Of a DNA stretch of 64,000 nt, positions 51,897-64,000 are shown piece by piece (position 1 is the first letter of the stretch; every line of letters starts with the position of its first letter). The position numbers and the translations under genes were made by a program. The notes beneath the pieces are model-generated. The model made no database searches. It saw only the letters and a list, made by a program, of their open reading frames with translations, and was not told where the DNA came from. This stretch comes from Selaginella moellendorffii. Its lineage: Eukaryota; Plantae; Lycopodiophyta. The stretch lies in contig NW_003314261.1 of assembly GCF_000143415.4 (NCBI RefSeq), positions 5,896,653 to 5,960,652 on the forward strand, read 5' to 3'.

Positions 51897-52880
51897 TCTC
51901 TTTTTAATATAATAATTATACTAATCACATTTCCAAATAAGTTAAATGGTATTAATATAGTATTTTAATATTTGTTATCTTACTCTCACTTTTTTAATTA
52001 AGGTAGTTAATAATTGAGATTATAGTGAGATTAATACTTGAGATATTTCTTTTAAGATTATTGATGAAATAGTTTTATTTTCTTATTGGAGAATGCTATG
52101 TTGATCTAAGTGATGATATCATATTATTATTTTTATTTTAAAATCTTGAACTATTAGTCATTGTCATGATATTTTGTAATTTTTAACTAATAAATGAATT
52201 TCTATCACTATAAGATTTATTTTAAAAATTATAGAATTAGTCAAAACACAGAAAAGACGTCCTTAATAAGTAGTGGTAAAATATAATGAAGCTAATAATA
52301 ACAGACATCATCCCTTAGCACTTTATATTTTTTTTTATAATCAGGGAATATTTTGATTATTTACCAATATGACAGTAAAATATTTTAACAATTTTTTTTT
52401 TGTGTTATCAATAACACTATCACCATGATTAGTGACACTCAAGAACTTTTTGGTATAGTGTTTTTGAATAAGTGGATCTTTAATTTTGTTTTACTGTTTT
52501 GTTTTGTATGTCTCTTAGTTTTAATAATGTTTTCTCCTTTTATATAAATAATGAGAAAGTTAAACAAAATTAAACTTCAATAAACTTATAAACTTTAGAA
52601 CAAAAAAATCAAATATTTATTAATACTTTTGGATTAGATATTTCTACTTGGTTGCATGTCTGCATCATTTTTTCTCATAGGCTTCATAAGTGGTAAGTTT
52701 AAATTTTTAAATTTTTTTAAAAAACTATCTATATTACAAATAAGATAAGTTTTATATTTTGTTTTATCAAATAACACAATGCTTAAAGTTGATATAATAA
52801 TGATTGGGAATATCTTCAAGTTGAGTAACAATTTTTTACTTTTAACTTAGCTGAAAAATAAAAAGATTTTGCAAATAAAA
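49885..52880. repeat. Right arm of the inverted repeat: unknown gene (minus), thaumatin exon 1 pseudo-copy and promoter
   Basis: 51235-52880 is near-identical to 13126-14640; exon 1 has a 1-nt deletion. Confidence 0.85.
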
Positions 52881-52886
52881 TGAATA

Positions 52887-53353
52887 TGTGAGTGCTTGGA
52901 ATTTGTAAAGGGAATACAAAAAATGTGTATATCAATTAGCCCAAAAACCCTAGCTTATATACAAGAGCAAGTGGTCTAAATTAAAACTAATCCGACGACT
53001 ACCAAAATCCCACTACACTAATATTAATATACGGTATCATAGCCATACACTTGGCCTCACATCATCCCTTCCTTTCGGAATAATGGAAGACCATCAGGGT
53101 TCTTTTGTAGATGGGCCGGGATTTGGAGGAACGTCAGGAGAAGGCATCGGTGGATCTGTAGGTGGTATTAATTGCTCCTAATCCCTTTGTATGAAGTGTT
53201 TCAACCTCTGCACATGCACAATTTCTGGAGGATCGGCGTACTGGATGTCATGCCAAACTTCATAAACTTGTGGTCCAACTTGCCGCAATACCTGATACGG
53301 TCCTTTCCACTGTGTAAGGAGCCCCTCAGATAAACCACGTACCGTAAGATGGG
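52887..53353 (-). mobile_element. Ty3/Gypsy element D: 3' LTR 52887-53061, PPT 53062-53072, integrase C-terminus
   Basis: TGTGAG...CTCACA termini; minus-strand ggaagggatga PPT; WKGPYQVLRQVG..VHVQRLKHF (GPY/F motif). Confidence 0.8.
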
Positions 53354-56300
53354 TGTAAGCGACTAAATTTTCCATTTTACTTTAGTCATTTAACCACACT
53401 TCCGACCACTTGGAGGAGTCTCACTCACAACCTCCATAAGTCCCATTCTGGACTGAGGCTAGTTGGCCTTGAGAATGGCATCCCTACCACTCAACCTTTG
53501 CTGGGTATGGCCTTCTTGGGCCAAACTGGCCTTTCCTGGCCAAATTGGCCTTTCCTGGCCAAATTGGCTCCACTAGGCTCCAAGCCCCACACTCTCCCTA
53601 CTATACTTTTGGAACCCCCCCCCCCCCCAGCCCCTCCCCCCCTCCCCCCTCCCCTAGGGGACAATCGCTTTGGGCTTTCACCCAACTGCCTGTATTAGTA
53701 TTTGGACTTGGACTCAGACTTGGGCTCGGTCTTGGTCCCGGATTCAGACTCGAACTCAGACTCGGACTCGGTCTTGGTCCCGGATTCGGACTCGGACTCA
53801 GACTCGGACTCGGTCTTGGTCCCAGATTCGGACTCGGACTCGGTCTCAGTCTCGGTCCCGATCTCAGTTCCATCTTGGACTCTATCTCGGACTCCATCTC
53901 GGGTCCATCTCGGACTCCATCTCAGTCCACCTTGGACTCCATCGCGGGTTCATCTCGGACTCTATCTCGGGTCTACCTCGGACTCCATCTCGGGTCCATC
54001 TCGGACTCCATCTGGGGTCCATCTGGGGTCCATCTTGGACTCCATCTCGGGTCCATCTCGGACTCCATCTCGTGTCCATCTCGGACTCCATGTCAGACTC
54101 CATCTCGGATCCATTTCGGACTCCGTCTCGGACTCTATCTCGGGTCCATCTCGGGTCCATTTCGGACTCCATCTCGGACACTTCCACGTGTCATGTGTTG
54201 GTCCTCTTGTGTCCCTTTTCTAGAGACTCACTTATTGCTCACTTCATGCTTGTTCCTTGAGCCCTTCGTTGGGAATTTCACTCCCGCTTTCGATCTTTCA
54301 AGTCAGAGCTTTTAATCCAAACGTGTTACGTTCATTTGGCTTTTGCTTCGGCCACTACCACATGGCACCCTTTCGGCTCCACAACTCCACCACCCATAGA
54401 TGAAGTTTGATGTCCTCATCAAACGGTAAACCATTTTATAAAGTAACACCCACATGTGTTACCATTTCCATACTTGGCACCCAGCCAATATTTGTCTATG
54501 GTTTGACATTGAAGGCTCACCATGCCTTTTCTATATTCATCAATGGTTTGACACCAAAGGCTCACCATGCCTTGTCCATCCTCTAAGGAGCATAGTCTCT
54601 CCAACATAGAGACTCATTCGACCACCTGGAGTGGTTTGCTCCCTTTTATTGGTTTAGTTCTTGCTAAACCTGTTAGAGACATCTTATCTAACTCAATCCC
54701 ACTACTCATTCTCGAATAGTCTTAGTTCCCATCGATATAACCTTTGCACTTTGGAACTTTGAATTTTGACTTCTTAGAGTCAATTTCCTGGGTGTCTCCA
54801 ACACCTTGCTTTGCACATTTTATGCAATTCCACTTCCCCATCTTAGGAAGTTCTCTACTCGAGGGCACCATCATCCTCTTTTTTATTTTGTGCCACTATT
54901 GGCACCATATTCTAATTATCATTATTTGTGCTGGGCTGTTCATGACTTTATCTTTTGGCTACTTTGCTACTCCCTCACTTGGAGCTTTTACAAATTGGAG
55001 CACTTGGGAATCTATCCTTGAAAGTCCACTTTCTTTCCCACAATTTGTTAGCATCAAACATATTAGTGTTCCTTGGCTAACTTTGCCATTTGGATTCCTT
55101 CCATTAAACTTTATGGCCTAAACTTGGCCATTAGTCTTTTGCTTCTATCCTTTGATTGTTACACCAAGCAATACAGGATCACTACCTCTTTCATTGAGGT
55201 ATTCTTTTGGTTCCATGGTAAAGCTCTGCTTTGCCAAGTCTAAGGGGTGCTCACCCTTAGTAGGTCTCTTTAGCATTTTCTGCTATGGGCCTCTTCTATG
55301 GCCCAACTTTGTGACCCTCCCATAGGTCTCTTCTATAAACTACTTTCTTGAACTCACAATACCATTGTATTGTCGTAGTTTATTTCCCTTAGGTGTCCTT
55401 CCCATTTGGTCACCTTGACCAAGCCACACCATTATCAATAGTTCAAATCAACACTTTGAACTAGGAACTTTGTTTCTTAACCTCACAAAGACCTTGTCCT
55501 TGTTTAGCTATACAATCATCTAGTGATCTAATTTTGACACCTTAACAAGTTTGCCAATAGATACTAGGTCTTCCAAACCTTTAACTTGTTGACCATGACC
55601 CTGGGGGCATCCCCCACACTTGGCAGTGCGCCCAAGCCAGCCCTTCTAGCCAAGGGTCCATAGCAATTGAGACTGGGTGTCCCCATCTCATTCACCATGT
55701 CCTTGGTGCCACTCGCACCAAAGTGTTCAAGTTAGATATGGCGAGCCACACTAAGCAATCTAACCGTGCATCACGACTCTGGGGCATCCCCCACTTGGCA
55801 GTGTGCCCAAGCCAGTCTCCGCACTGAGAGTCCATGACCACCGAAAAATGAATGTCCTCATATTCCAAACCATCACCACGCCCTAGTGATTTGGGACCCG
55901 AACCCAAGCACTAGAGGGTTGGGACTCGAACCCAACCTTCGTATATGCATCTACAGACGGCATCACCTAGGATGTCTGGCGTGACTCACCACACTGGTGC
56001 ACTAACTTATCCTTAAAGCGTGCTATAGATCACAGTTTAGGAACCTAGTTTCTTCACACTGTCAAGTCCTGTCATTTGACAAGTCTGTGATCATGCATGG
56101 ACTCCTCCATGCTTGGCACCATGACCACCCCTTTGAAGTTAGCACCTTCAATTAAGGGATTTGTTCCCCCGACTTGCCAATCTTGTTTAGCAAGTCCTCC
56201 GACCACCGTAACATGGTTCATGCATAAGCGTGAAAGTGTAGTGCATGTGATCATGGGATGAGATTTGGATATACTATCACTGTGGATTCTTGGAACCTTA

Positions 56301-56947
56301 GGGGATAAATGGGGATAAAATAGCCACTAAGGGCTCTCTCATCAAGCAATTGCCCCTTTTCCAGTTGGATTAAGGGGAGAGAGATAAAGTGCGCTACAGA
56401 AAGTCTTTAACTATCGACTTTCATTCAAAGCCCTCTTTTTGAACACTCGGGAATTACTTCCCTAACTTTGATAGCCTCGCCTCATGGCAAGCTTCAAGAC
56501 CACACTTTTGCTGCACCACTTTGATTTCATGCGATCCATGAACCATTTACACTTGGCTTTTCTAGGTATTAAGCTACCTAGACTTGTCTTTGGGAACCTT
56601 GAAGGAACTCTGTCCTTTAGCTTGCTAAGGCCTCTCCTTTTGCAAGCTTTCTAACTGCCATATGGTCTAACATAGACAATTCCATGCTTTAGACTCTCCA
56701 TGGCATCACGGTTACTAGTGATAACATGCTTGAGCACCCACTTGGTTCTCCACTCCCAACTGGCATAACCACTTTTGGTTATGCTCTTCGATCCTTATGG
56801 TTTGGTTTTATCCCCTTACTACTTGCTTTTGGCTTCACACCTTTCCTTCGGTTATTCTCCTCCAGACTAGGAGGATAGCTTTGCACTTTCTACCATGCCT
56901 TAGCAAGTATTCTTAGGGATGAACCTACCCAATAGCTTAGGGAGTGG
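53354..56947 (-). mobile_element. LTR element A: 3' LTR 53354-54383, PPT 54384-54395, non-coding internal region
   Basis: Minus strand gggtggtggagt-TGTGGAG...CTTACA; LTR is the reverse complement of much of 56977-58570. Confidence 0.75.
53700..54180. repeat. 6/12-mer minisatellite (ggactc / gactccatctcg) within LTR A; inverted counterpart at 57188-57500
   Basis: Direct reading; produces low-complexity ORFs in all frames. Confidence 0.9.
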
Positions 56948-59900
56948 TGTGAGACACAAAACCGCTAGGCCCCAAAGTGGAGCCGAAAGGGTGTCATGTG
57001 GTAGTGGCCGAAGCGAAAGCCAGACAAGCGTAACACGTTTGGACTAAAAGCTTCGACTTGAAAGGTCGAGTGTGGGAGAAGAACTCCCAACGAAGTGCTC
57101 AAAGGAACAAGCACGAAACGAACAATAAGTGAGTCTCTAGAAAAGGGACACAAGGGACACAAGAGGACCAACACATGACACGTCAAAGAGTCCGAGATGG
57201 ACCCGAGATGGAGTCCGAGATGGAGTCCGAGATGGAGTTCGAGGTGGACCGAGATGGAGTCTGAGATGGAGTCCAAGATGGAGTCCGAGCTAGAGTCTGA
57301 GATAGACCCGAGATGGACCCAAGATGGAGTCCGAGGTGGACCCGAGATGGAGTCTGAGTTGGACCCGAGATGGAGTCCAAGATAGAACCAAGACCGAGAC
57401 CAAGTCCGAGTCTGAATCCGGGACTGAGATCGAGTTCGAGTCCGAGTCTGAGTCTGAGTTCGAGTTCGAGTCTGAGTCTGAGTCCGAGTCCGAGTCCGAA
57501 TACTAATTTAGGCAGTGGTGAAAGCCCAAAACGATTGTCCTCCGGGGGGGGGGGGGATGCGGGGGGCTGTGGGGGGTTCCAAAAGTATAGTAGGGAGAGT
57601 GTGGGGGTTGGAGCCAAGTGGAGCCATTTTGGCCAGGAAAGGCCAGTTTGGCACAGGAAAGGCCAGTTTGGCACAGGAAAGGCCAGTTTGGCACAGGAAG
57701 GCCATACCCAACTATTGGGTGATGGGATGACCATTGAGAAGTCCAAGACTAGAGTGAATACAGACAGAAAAGCGGGGTAGCTTGGTGAAGTGTTCAAGAG
57801 CCGGTTTTAGTTCCCCCGGGAGATCGAGTGGTCGATGCTCCCAGTCCAAGTGTGGGTGGCACTACCTACTTGGATACCTGGCGTGGCTCAATAGAACCTT
57901 GCTCTAAGCCCATGGCTAGAGCACCCAAGGACGGAAGGCAGGGAGAGTACCTAGGTGGCTTGCGTAAGGCCACGGTGTTCCAAAATGTTGCCCCAAAGTC
58001 CCAGACTGTGGAAAGAGGAGCAGACCTCTAGCGTAGTGACTAAGGAATACAGTAATATGGTGAGGAAGTCCCAAAGGACATTGGGACTTAGTGGTCGGGC
58101 CTGTGGGCCTTGACCCAGTGGCAATGTTGGTGAACACGGCTATAGGTAGGATGGGACTTGGTGGGGACTGAAAGAAGGATATTGGGGAAAGTTGTTCCCC
58201 TCGTCGGTGGGCATCCTAAGGATGCTAAGGAGTGGATCTGGGATGACCACTCACGGATGGTTAACCTAGTCTTGGAGAGGCAAGACTGTGATGCAAGTGG
58301 TATTAGATTACCAGTGCGGCAAAGGTGATTGGGCATGGCCTTAGCGTAACAAGTTGCTATGTTGGTGGTACTTTTAAGTGTCGGTCATGGGATTGGACAC
58401 GTGGAGCACTTGGACCAGGTGCTAAGGTTGAGTGCCGTGGATGCCATTCTCGGGGCTAGCAAGTCCCAAGTCCTAAATTGGACTTATGGAGGTTGTGAAT
58501 TGAGACTCTTCCAAGTGGTCGGAGGTGTGGTTAAGTGACTAAAGTAGAATAGAAAATTTAGTCGCTTATAATTTGGTATCAAAGCTGTTCCTTAGTCCGA
58601 CTTTTATTAGTGCTCAAGTATATCACTACTGGTGTTGGCATCAGAAAGTCCTAGAAGTGGGCCTATCCTTGGGGAGTCGCAAGTCGGGAAGACATGGCTC
58701 TCCACTACAGTTTATGTGTGAACTTGTAGGCGAGGTGGTGGATAGAAAAGGGCCAATAATGGAACGACTTTGGGATCTTGGGAACAGTATAAGGGTTTCC
58801 TCAGAGAGTTGAGGATGTGATCCAGATCAGCGTTTGACTCAGCAAATGGGCTAATGTAGTTATGGTAAACAATTATAGTTGGGATCACGGGAAAGATAGA
58901 GATTCCAAAACCATGAAGGAGTCACAAGATTACCCTCATATAGTTGAGGTTAGTGCTCATGAATTTGAGACCAGAATTAATGACCATGGATGGTCAAATA
59001 CAAAAGAGGACTCAAGTCCTTAAAATGGTAGCTGGAGCTACCTCTAATAAATGCTAGAACAACCCAAGGAGTTGGGGGTGTATTTAGAGGATGAGTTGGT
59101 ATTCTTATCACATGGACAAGTGGTCCTAAGGGGCAAAAGATTGCCCCAAGAGAACAAATCAAGTGTCGGAGTAACACTTGCAAAGATGGTCCTTATGAGT
59201 AGGACTTGAATACAAGAAGTTGTATTCCAATGAGTTGGCACCTCAAAGGTAGGACCTAATGGGTCATCGGATGACAAAGTCCAAAAAGCTGGATGACTCA
59301 AATAGAGTCAAGAAATAATCCTAAAGGATTGATAGAAGCATTTGGACTGAGGTGCATTGTACCTCACGAAGGATGGAGAGGATCATAGGATCCAAGGATG
59401 AGAACAGAGGGTATCTCATCGATAGTAGAATGTGCTATGCTAAAGTCGTGGGAAAGGTGTTCCCCAAAAAGAAAGCAACTTTGGCATAGAGTTGTGTGTG
59501 AATACTATATTGTAGTGCTAATTGATAGTTGGCATGAAAAATGACTGTTTTGGTTTTGGCAAAAACCTAGACACAAGTAAGAAGTGTCATAGAGGTAGGC
59601 TTGTGGAGCCGATGGTTTGGAGACACTAAATGTGCCAAAGTGTGAAACCTTGAGGTTATATTGATGGGTTCATGAGAACCCCTTGCCAAGGGAATCCCAA
59701 TGGAAACTAGAATGGCATAGCCTAAGCTGGAAGGCATGCGATTGGAGTGTGGTGACCCAAATAATGATGGAGGTGTGGAAGCACCAGCAATGAGTTGTAG
59801 GACTTGACAACTATAAGGCTACTAAGCAAAAGGTGCAAATAAATTGGTTAAACAGGTAGAAGGTAGCTACCCAAAACTTCTTAATGGCATAAAGAAGTTG

Positions 59901-60667
59901 GATATACCCTTATGGGGGATGAATTGCTTATATTACGATATAGTAAGTCAATGTCGTAAAAGAGAATGCTCATTGTCAAAGAGGCCATCATTTGGGACAC
60001 CCAAACACTCTAGAACACTAAGAGGTGGTGTTTATTGTCGCAAGAGCAATAGATAAGGCCCAAGGGACTAAGTCCCTAGCAAATGATGGATAGAAGGTGC
60101 TATCCAAACGTCCAAGGTTGCGGAGACGGGAGAAGACCGTCTACCCAAATTAGACAAAGCCAAAAATAGAATTTTGGCAAGGTTAGTGATAGGCATATAA
60201 AAGCCCATAAGTAGCAACATTAATCCCGGTGTGTGGGATTATAAATTGAGCATACTCGAATTGAGGAACCACTCCTTAGGCTATCGGGTAAGTTCATCCC
60301 TAAGAATATTTGCTAAGGCATGATAGGAAGTGCAAAGGTATCCTCCTAATTTTGAGGAGAATAACCGGAAGGAATGTATGAGGCCAAAAAGCAAGTAGTA
60401 AGGGGATAGAACCAAACCATAGGAATCGAAAGGCATAACCAAGGGTGGTTATGCAAGTTGGGAGTGAAGAATCAAGGGGGCACTTGAGCTTGTTGTTATT
60501 AACAACCGTGATGTCGTAGAAGAGTCTAAAGTATGGAATAGTCCATGTTAGACTATATGGAAATTAGAAAGCTTATGAAAGGAGAGTCCTCAGTAAGCTA
60601 AGGGACAAAAGTCCTTCAAGGTTCCCAAAGACGATTTTAGGTAGCTTAGTACTTAGAAAGGCCAAGT
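56948..60667 (+). mobile_element. LTR element B (same family as A, opposite orientation): 5' LTR ~56948-58570, PBS 58574-58585, degenerate internal region
   Basis: gcttata-att-TGGTATCAAAGC; 60268-60667 is the reverse complement of 56545-56948; 20-mer ggccagtttggcacaggaaa x3. Confidence 0.75.
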
Positions 60668-63600
60668 TGTTAGGATCCTATCCCTTACACCCTAAGCCAA
60701 TTGGCTAAAGGGGTGATCACTTGATTGTAGGGCCCTTTCTTTATCCTATTATCCTGACCTGGTGCCTAACAATCCTCCCCTCGTCAGGGAATGATCGTCC
60801 TCGATCATACTTAGGCCATCCTCCGGTCACCATGGTCCTTCTCTTAGGGTCTACCAAACCTTGGTTCTCCCTCTAGATTCACCATGTTGAATATTCCTTT
60901 AGAATATTTTTGCCCCACTCGTCAGCCACGAGAATCGAACTAGGCTCCGATACCATCGTCGGCACCACCGTCGGCACCACCATCGATGATAGGATTCCAG
61001 CGTTCAGCTTGGTCGGCCATCGCAACCAATTCTCTAAGTAAACCGCAGCCAAGTCTGAGGCAGTGACAGTCTTCCGAAGAGCCAACAACCGCACATACTT
61101 CGTCAACCGATCCACTATGACCCATACTTGCTCCTTTTGCCTCTGTGTTCGTGGCAAACAAGTGATGAAGTCCATAGAGATACTACACCAACGGCTCTGA
61201 GGAATAGGTAAAGGTTGCAAAAGTCCCCCCGGCTTCTCCCGTGGCACCTTAACCCGCTGACAAAGCTCGCATGATTTACAATACTTGAGGATATCAGCCT
61301 TCATATTCCTCCAATAAAAGTTGCGCTTAATCAACTCATACGTCTTCTTCCCCCCAAAATGACCGGCCTCTGGACGATCATGATAGTGGAATAAAACTTG
61401 AGTAATTAACGCATCCACCCGTGGCAAATAGACACGGCCATTGTAGTAGAGAATCCCATCCACCAATGAGAAAGGAGCTTCCATCTGGTCTCGCAAAGAG
61501 GCCACCTCAGCATCCTGAGCCTGAGCATGCTCAACCAACTGCCCAAACTCGCTGACCACCTTACTCAAATGATGACAAAATCGTGTTCGTAACGTCATCA
61601 CATGACGAACACGAGATAAAGCATCCGCCACCACATTTGATTTTCCCGGACGATGCTCAATAGGAAACTCCCCAAACTCCATGAGTTTGACCATCCAACG
61701 AGCTTGCCTAGTGTTCAACTCCTTCTGTGTGAAAAGATACACAAGTGGTTTGTGATCTGTCAACACCACGAACACTGCACCATAAAGATAGTGCCGCCAC
61801 GTCCGCAAAGCATGAACAATAGAGAGTAACTCTTGCTCATATGTGGAATAGCGTTGCTCTGCGGAATTCAAAGTTCGACTCTCATATGCAATAGGCTGTC
61901 CCTCTTGCATGAGAACTCCTCCCAGTGCATAACCACTCGCATCGCATGTCACCTCGTAAGGTTTCGATGGATCAGCAATGCGAAGCACTGGAGCCTCGAT
62001 CAACAATCGTTTCAGCGCCACAAAACTCTCCTCTTGTGGCGTCTTCCACTCGAATGGCACATTCTTGCGTAACAACCGCGTCAACGGAATAGCCACCTCT
62101 GCAAACTTATGCTGGAAACGTCGATAGTAACTAGCCATACCAAGAAAACTGCGCAACTCGGCCACTGTAGTCGGTGTAGGCCAGTTTTCCACCACAGCCA
62201 CCTTCCTTGGATCCGTCTTGACACCCTTAGATGTCACAATATGGCCTAGATATTCCACCTCCGACTTTGCAAATTCACATTTGCTCTTCTTCGCATAAAG
62301 TTTGCTGTCTCAAAGTAACAAAAGAACCTTGCGCAAATGCACCCTATGCTCCTCCATATTCTTGCTAAAAACAAGAATATCATCCAAGAAAATCTCCACA
62401 AACTCATGAAGATAACGCCCAAATACCTCCGTCATCAACCGAGTAAATGTGGCCGGTGCATTCGTCAAACCAAACGGCATAACGGTAAACTCAAAATGTC
62501 CGAAGCTTGTGTTGAATGCCGTCTTGGAGATAGATGCATCATCCATTGCAATCTGATGATATCCACTCCTCAGATCAATCTTGGTAAACACTCGTGCTTC
62601 ACCAAGCTTGTCTAGGATATCATCCACACGTGGCATCGGCATCTTGTCCTTCACTGTCTTCTTGTTTAAAGCACGGTAGTCAATACACATCCGCATTGAA
62701 CCGTCCTTCTTCTTCACAAGCAAGACCGGAGCACCAAACGGAGACTTACTTGGCTGAATAAATCCAAACTCAAGTAACTCCTTGACTTGTCGTTGAACTT
62801 CTTGCTCCTCCGCATAACTTAACCGAAATGGACGCCGGTAAATTGGCCGCGTCCCCGGCTCCAATGTAATCCCATGCTCCACACCTCGTAATGGAGGCAA
62901 TCCATGAGGAAGTTCAGATGGAAAAACATCAGAAAACTCATCAAGTACATCCCGTACTGCTGCTTCTCCCCCACACGTGCCTTGGTCCCCCAAGTCACGA
63001 ACAAACAGCAAGTAACTTGAAAGTGCTTTTCCATTACGACAAGCCCGCTTCAAAGATGTAGCAGAGAGCATAACAACTGGTGGTTGAACGCCCTCGCCAA
63101 ACCACACATCTTTAACGCCACCATACTCCAGCGAGATACGCTTAATGCTCCACTTTATCTCGGGATCCACCTTCACCAACCATGGCATCCCAAGAATGAG
63201 ATCCACACGATGGATATCCGCGAGATAAAAAGTCTCCACAAGTGTGGTTTTGCCAACCAACACTTCCAGCCCCTCGACACAAGCATCGAAATGCTGAGCA
63301 GAGGTAGCTGCACCTTCCACTGTGTATGGAACAACTCCACGTGTGTTCAGGCGATGCTCCGCAACAAACTTTGCCGAAACAAAGTTGTCATCGCTCCCAC
63401 TATCCAGTAAAATCCGCACTGGATCGCCACGGAACACGCCCTCCAGCATTAAAGCTGATTCACGCGTATCCTCAAGCTCCATCTTGTTCCACACACAGTT
63501 GAGTTGACGAGCAACGATCGAAAGTCTCTTCCTCCGACCGGAATGGTCGTTCTCGTCATCCTCACGCTGTAAAGCTTGCAACTTTTTAGTATCTGACTTA

Positions 63601-64000
63601 CCGTGAGAAGATGATTGGCCATTCTTCTTGTCCTGCTGCTTGTTCTTCAACTGCGGACAATCAGCCTTGTAGTGTCCAAGTTCGCCGCAATGATGACAAC
63701 CCTGTCTATAATTCTTCACAAAGAACTTCTGCTTCTTGGACCCCTTTGCATCTGAAGTAGTCACCACCGACTTCAACTTGTGATGCTTGTTCCCATCCTT
63801 GTGTCCACGGCGATCATCACGACGATTCTCGACAGAAGGACTCCGCGAACGCTTGCGAGACTTGTGCTTGTCATTGTCAAGGCGACGAGCCGCATCAAAG
63901 AGCTCCTCCAAACTCTTTGTAGGCTGAGAATGACGCAAGTGTTGCCGCATACTCTCACTATGGAGGCCATCAATGAAGTAGGATTTGTTCTGATCTGGAT
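60668..64000 (-). mobile_element. Ty3/Gypsy element C: gag(CCHC)-protease-RT-RNaseH-truncated integrase, PPT 60772-60781, 104-bp 3' LTR 60668-60771
   Basis: [58 protein letters not shown]; in-frame TGA 62310-62312; TGTTAGG...CCTAACA. Confidence 0.95.

Noticed and set aside
53700-54180. CRISPR-like array
   Set aside because: No unique spacers or cas genes; eukaryotic minisatellite
53545-54315. Long SD/GL/RT-repeat ORFs, also at 56965-57797
   Set aside because: Artefacts of stop-free hexamer arrays inside LTRs; open in several frames on both strands
56935-56948. Apparent PPT before LTR B, implying a shared tandem LTR
   Set aside because: It is the reverse complement of internal sequence at ~60268, i.e. 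element A body at the insertion point
11690-62312. Recoding, U-to-C editing or an alternative genetic code to explain the in-frame stops
   Set aside because: Nuclear genes here use TAG/TGA as normal stops and neighbouring remnants also have frameshifts; decay is simpler

Overview
Eukaryotic nuclear DNA from a land plant with four N-gaps. The compact genes and ~50-80 bp GT-AG introns suggest a lycophyte such as Selaginella (inference). The window has four zones. (1) 3.5-13.3 kb: a dense, defence-flavoured gene cluster with a MiAMP1-type antimicrobial peptide (plus an inverted decayed paralog), an intron-containing DUF1853-type PD-(D/E)XK-like gene of bacterial appearance, a two-LIM protein, a germin-like protein, a stop-interrupted Ser/Thr kinase and a thaumatin-like protein. 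(2) 14.9-37.8 kb: minus-strand Helitron territory. It has two hairpin+CTAG 3' ends, RPA70-like and second OB-fold genes, a PIF1 helicase remnant, and decayed host-gene pieces (MORC, F-box, C2/inositol 5-phosphatase, B3, SKIP16-like, CYP88). (3) 38.8-52.9 kb: two near-identical copies of a spliced gene encoding P-loop NTPase + REase-like nuclease + PHD finger (Crinkler/CR-type architecture). They sit among scrambled, partly inverted copies of the zone-1 genes, and a large inverted repeat brackets the intact copy. This is the best candidate for an undescribed system. (4) 52.9-64 kb: a four-level nest of LTR retrotransposons ending in a Ty3/Gypsy gag-pol. All family assignments come from motif recognition by eye, not database searches.
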